Positions 58,497 through 64,000 of a stretch of 64,000 bases of DNA are shown piece after piece. Under the pieces are notes generated by a model. The model did no database searches. It saw nothing but the letters and a program-made list of their open reading frames with translations, and was not told the DNA's origin. A program made the translations under genes and the position numbers. The DNA comes from Nemertoderma westbladi (Eukaryota; Animalia; Xenacoelomorpha). Location: contig JAUCBJ010002302.1 of the NCBI GenBank assembly GCA_032718475.1, positions 1 to 64,000 of the forward strand, in the 5' to 3' direction. Numbering within the stretch: position 1 is the first letter of the stretch; every line of letters begins with the position of its first letter.

Positions 58497-61400
58497 TCGT
58501 GAATTATTTCTGACGACTGTACTGTACCACCCTGCGATACAACCTCGTGAAATATTTCTGACGACTGTACTGTACCACACTGCGATACAACTTCGTGAAT
58601 TATTTCTCACGACTGTACTGTACCACACTGCGATACAACTTCGTGAATTATTTCTGACGACTGTACTGTACCACCCTGCGATACAACCTCGTGAAATATT
58701 TCTGACGACTTTACTGTACCACACTGCGAGACAACTTCGTGAATTATTTCTGACGACTGTACTGTACCACACTGCGATACAACTTCGTGAATTATTTCTG
58801 ACGACTGTACTGTACCACACTGCGATACAACTTCGTGAATTATTTCTGACGACTGTACTGTACCACACTGCGATACAACCTCGTAAATTATTTCTGACGA
58901 ATGTACTGTTCCACATTGCGATACAACCTCGTGAATTATTTCTGACGACTGTACTGTACCACACCTCGATACAACTTCGTGAATTATTTCGGACGACTGT
59001 ACTGTACCACACTGCGATACAACCTCGTAAATTATTTCTGACGACTGTACTGTACCACACTGCGATACAACCTCGTGAATTATTTCTGACGACTGTACTG
59101 TACCACACTGCGATACAACTTCGTGAATTATTTCTGACGACTGTACTGTACCACACTGCGATACAACCTCGTAAATTATTTCTGACGAATGTACTGTTCC
59201 ACATTGCGATACAACCTCGTGAATTATTTCTGACGAATGTACTGTACCACACTGCGATACAACCTCGTGAATTATTTCTGACGACTGTACTGTACCACAC
59301 TGCGATACAACCTCGTGAATTATTTCTGACGAATGTACTGTACCACACTGCGATACAACCTCGTGAATTATTTCTGACGACTGTACTGTACCACACTCTG
59401 CGATACAACATCGTGAATTATTTCTGACGAATTTACTGTACCACATTGCGATACAACCTCGTGAATTATTTCTGACGACTGTACTGTACCAGACTGCGAT
59501 ACAACCTCGTGAATTATTTCTGACGACTGTTACTGTACCACACTGCGATACAACATCGTGAATTATTTCTGACGAATGTACTGTACCACACTGCGATACA
59601 ACCTCGTGAATTATTTCTGACGACAGTACTGTACCACACTCCGATACAACGTCGTGAATTATTTCTGACGACTGTACTGTACCACACTGCGATACAACTT
59701 CGTGAATTATTTCTGACGAATGTACTGTACGACACTGCGATACAACCTCGTGAATTATTTCTGACGACTGTACTGTACCACACTGCGATACAACCTCGTG
59801 AATTATTTCTGACGACTGTACTGTACCACACTGCGATACAACCTCGTGAATTATTTCTGACGAATGTACTGTACCACACTGCGATACAACCTCGTGAATT
59901 ATTTCTGACGACAGTACTGTACCACACTGCGATACAACCTCGTGAATTATTTCTGACGAATGTACTGTACCACACTCCGATACAACCTCCTAAATTATTT
60001 CTGACGACAGCACTGTACCACACTGCGATACAACCTCGTGAATTATTTCTGACGACAGCACTGTACCACACTGCGATACAACCTCGTGAATTATTTCTGA
60101 CGAATGTACTGTACGACACTGCGATACAACTTCGTGAATTATTTCTGACGAATGTACTGTACCACACTGCGATACAACCTCGTGAATTATTTCTGATGAC
60201 TGTACTGTACCACACTGCGATACAACCTCGTGAATTATTTCTGACGACTGTACTGTACCACACTGCGATACAACCTCGTGAATTATTTCTGACGAATGTA
60301 CTGTACCACACTCCGATACAACCTCCTAACTTATTTCTGACGACAGCACTGTACCACACTGCGATACAACCTCGTGAATTATTTCTGACGACAGCACTGT
60401 ACCACACTGCGATACAACCTCGTGAATTATTTCTGACGAATGTACTGTACCACACTCCGATACAACCTCCTAAATTATTTCTGACGACAGCACTGTACCA
60501 CACTGCGATACAACCTCGTGAATTATTTCTGACGACAGCACTGTACCACACTGCGATACAACCTCGTGAATTATTTCTGACGAATGTACTGTACGACACT
60601 GCGATACAACTTCGTGAATTATTTCTGACGAATGTACTGTACGACACTGCGATACAACCTCGTGAATTATTTCTGACGAATGTACTGTACGACACTGCGA
60701 TACAACCTCGAGAATTATTTCTGTCGACTGTACTGTACCAGACTGCGATACAACCTCGTGAATTATTTCTGACGACTGTACTGTACCACACTGCGATACA
60801 ACCTCGTGAATTATTTCTGACGAATGTACTGTACCACACTGCGATACAACCTCGTGAATTATTTCTGACGACAGCACTGTACCACACTGCGATACAACCT
60901 CGTGAATTATTTCTGACGACAGTACTGTACCACACTCCGATACAACGTCGTGAATTATTTCTGACGACTGTACTGTACCACACTGCGATACAACCTCGTG
61001 AATTATTTCTGACGAATGTACTGTACCACACTGCGATACAACCTCGTGAATTATTTCTGACGACAGTACTGTACCACACTGCGATACAACCTCGTGAATT
61101 ATTTCTGACGACTGTACTGTACCACACTGCGATACAACCTCGTGAATTATTTCTGACGACAGTACTGTACCACACTGCGATACAACCTCGTGAATTATTT
61201 CTGACGACTGTACTGTACCACACTGCGATGCAACCTGGTGAATTATTTCTAACGAATGTACTGTACCACACTGCGATACAACCTCGTGAATTATTTCTGA
61301 CGACAGCACTGTACCACACTTCGATACAACCTCGTGCATTATTTCTGACGAATGTACTGTACCACACTCCGATACAACCTCCTAAATTATTTCTGACGAC

Positions 61401-61777
61401 AGCACTGTACCACACTGCGATACAACCTCGTGAATTATTTCTGACGACTGTACTGTACCACACTCCGATACAACCTCCTAAATTATTTCTGACGACAGCA
61501 CTGTACCACACTGCGATACAACCTCGTGAATTATTTCTGACGACAGTACTGTACCACACTGCGATACAACCTCGTGAATTATTTCTGACGAATGTACTGT
61601 ACCACACTCCGATACAACCTCGTGAATTATTTCTGACGACTGTTACTGTATCACACTGCGATACAACCTCGTGAATTATTTCTGACGACTGTACTGTACC
61701 ACATTCCGATACAACCTCGTGAATTATTTCTGACGACTATAGTGTACCACACTGCGATACAACCTCGTGAATTATTT
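58497..61777. repeat. 48-bp minisatellite, about 68 copies
   Basis: Unit CGTGAATTATTTCTGACGACTGTACTGTACCACACTGCGATACAACCT with recurrent variants. Confidence 0.96.
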
Positions 61778-61799
61778 AAGGACACGGGGGGCGGTTGTC

Positions 61800-64000
61800 G
61801 ACTCGCCCTCGCATCAGCAGATAATAGTGGCAATGGTGGTATTGGTCTATTAATGAATCCAACTGCACATGCAGCATTGGACAAAATAGACCAAATCTCT
61901 AACCGCATCATCCGTTGCCACTTATCATGTTCTGGAAGACTGGCTAAGAAATTTCCTAAGGTGGTTCTGATTGTGTGCTACTCTCCAACTAGTGTTGCCC
62001 CTTTCTTTTCTACCACAATCTACAAGCAGCTATTGATGGAGTGGATCAGCATGCATTCTTAACATTCCTGGGAGACTTTAATGCAAGTCTGCATCAATCA
62101 CATACATCTTCCTGGGTCTATAGCAATAGTGTTAACCGAAATTCCGTCCATCTTTAGGATTTTATCTCTGGAAATGGATTGTTTTCGGCTGGAACCCAGT
62201 TCAAGAAGCGAACTGGAAAGCTATGGACACATAGTGGACCCAGTGGTCACAAGTCCCAGATAGACCATATTCTGTTTCGTAGGAAATACAGGAGCTCTAT
62301 ACAAGACTGTAATGCATTTACACTTCGACCCTTCTCCAGTGATCACCGCCTTATTGTGGCCAAGGTAAGACTTAGTCTGCGTGCTACCAGAACAACGAAA
62401 TCTGCCTTGTCACGGCATGACTGGTCCTCTCTGTTGCAACAGCCAAGTGTGAGATCCAGCTTCACACTGCAGTTGAGCAACAGGTATGAGGTTCTTGCCT
62501 CTGAAGCGGCAGATCACTGTGAGGGCTATACTGCCTTCACAGAAGCAGTTAAGTTAGCAGCTGCAGAAACAGTTCCTGTATACCTTAGAAACACGAAAAG
62601 GGTCTCCTAGGACAGACAACAAAATTCATAAGTGCCGAAATGACCTATATAAGGCGCAGAAAGAGTCGCGACTCAAACAGACTACAGCGGCCAAGAATGC
62701 AGTTAAGGCTGCATCTAGGTCCCTGAACAGGCAGTACTCTGTTAATCTACAGGAGCTAATAAACCAACAGGTTGATGCCATCAATGATGCTGACGACAGC
62801 AGGCAATCATCCCAGGCATGGAAATCGATCAACTTGCTTACTGGTCGGAAAGCCAACCAACCACCAAGGTTAAGGCTGAATCACCAGCCGATCGCCTCAA
62901 TGGTTGGAAGGCCCACTTTGAAAAGCTCATCAATAAATGACAGGGTATTGCCTGATAACTTTATAGAAGTAAAAGTGTCTGAGTCTGTACTCCCAGATAT
63001 TCCCATTGGCGATATCTCCGTTGCAGAAGTGAAGGCTGCTGCAAAGAGCATTAAGACCAATCGTGCCAGTGGAGTAGATGGTGTTCCCCCTGAGGTCTTT
63101 AAAATACCTGAGTGTTTAAAGCTCATCTATCCCATCATAGTAGACATGTACCGAACAACAAGAGTCCCACAAGAAAGGAAAACAAATAAGTTGGTGCCAG
63201 TTCCCAAGAAGGGCAACCTAACACTCTTTGGTTCTTTTCGGGGAATCTCATTGATCTCGATTGCTGCAAAGCTATACAATAGAATTATATTAAATCGCAT
63301 CAGGGATCCCATTGAGAGACTGCTCCGTGGAAATCAGAATGGGTTCCGTAAAGGTCGTGGGACCATGGAGCCCATTTTGGCACTTAGAAGGATAATTGAA
63401 GAGTTATCCAAAAAGAAAGACAGGCATCTGGCTGTTATCTTTGTTGACATCTTCAAGGCCTTTGATTCAGTCTCTCGCTCACGTATGTTCAGCATACTTT
63501 CAATATATGGGATCCCTGATGAAATTATTGCAGCAATCAGATCAGTATACGATGGTTCGACAACATTTGTGTCTATACTGTTGACGGTGACACAGAACCA
63601 TTTGAAGTGTTATGAGGCGTCCTCCAAGGAGACACACTTGCACCATTCTTGTTCATTATTGTGGTTGACTATGTTCTACGCATGTCCTTAGATCATCATA
63701 ATGATGATGGGGGTGATGATAACTCCACCTACTGACTCCAGACGTCGAGGAAATCCTGCCAAGTACCTAACTGATCTAGACTTTGCTGATGACTTAGGAG
63801 TACTCTCAGAATCACTAGAGGGAGCCCAACGGCTCCTCAGCTCATTATAACATGCTGCTTCTAGTGTTGGTCTTTTTATTAACTCCAGAAAAACCAAAAT
63901 TTTGACAGTTAACTTTGAAAGTCCTCAGCAAGTCTCTGATCGGACCTTGAATAGGCTTTCCAGGATTTGGAAGTCACCGAGAATTAATCGGAAACTTAAG
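61800..64000 (+). mobile_element. Decayed non-LTR retrotransposon (RTE-like LINE: APE + RT), 5'-truncated and frameshifted
   Basis: APE motifs GGIGLLM, SNRII, CYSPT, LGDFNA, SQIDHIL, SDHRL. RT motifs ASGVDG, PVPKKG, RGISL, NQNGFRKGR, FVD.FKAFDSV, GVLQGDTLAPFLF, LDFADDL. Spread over several frames with stops. Confidence 0.92.

Noticed and set aside
58491-61674. Long repeat-peptide ORFs on both strands
   Set aside because: 48-bp minisatellite inside an intron, with frameshifting variants.

Overview
Repeat-rich genomic DNA from an animal, probably an invertebrate. It has GT-AG introns and no prokaryotic features. There are three host genes on the + strand: (1) an intronless RNF146/Iduna-type RING-WWE E3 ligase (2805-4250); (2) a single-exon secreted Cys-rich protein with an IGFBP/AmFPI-like N-domain and a thyroglobulin type-1 domain (21519-22118); (3) a multi-exon centrosomin/CDK5RAP2/myomegalin-family gene. 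For the third gene I could splice 15 phase-consistent exons by hand from 26062 to 58184, and it continues beyond the window. Mobile DNA includes the 5' end of a Ty3/Gypsy element (LTR, PBS, gag), a Penelope GIY-YIG fragment with a hammerhead-like motif, a decayed RTE-like LINE, and many non-autonomous DNA transposons with readable TIRs/TSDs, often nested. About a third of the window is locally born minisatellite. Most long ORFs in the supplied track are artefacts of these arrays. The most striking structure is in the centrosomin gene: two independent arrays (59 x 51 bp and about 86 x 32 bp) each amplify the exon end plus its own 5' splice site, creating long runs of decoy donors. A 9.5-kb array appears to be the amplified hairpin terminus of a Helentron-type element, and two more arrays sit exactly at transposon truncation points. 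All calls come from reading the sequence; no database searches were run.
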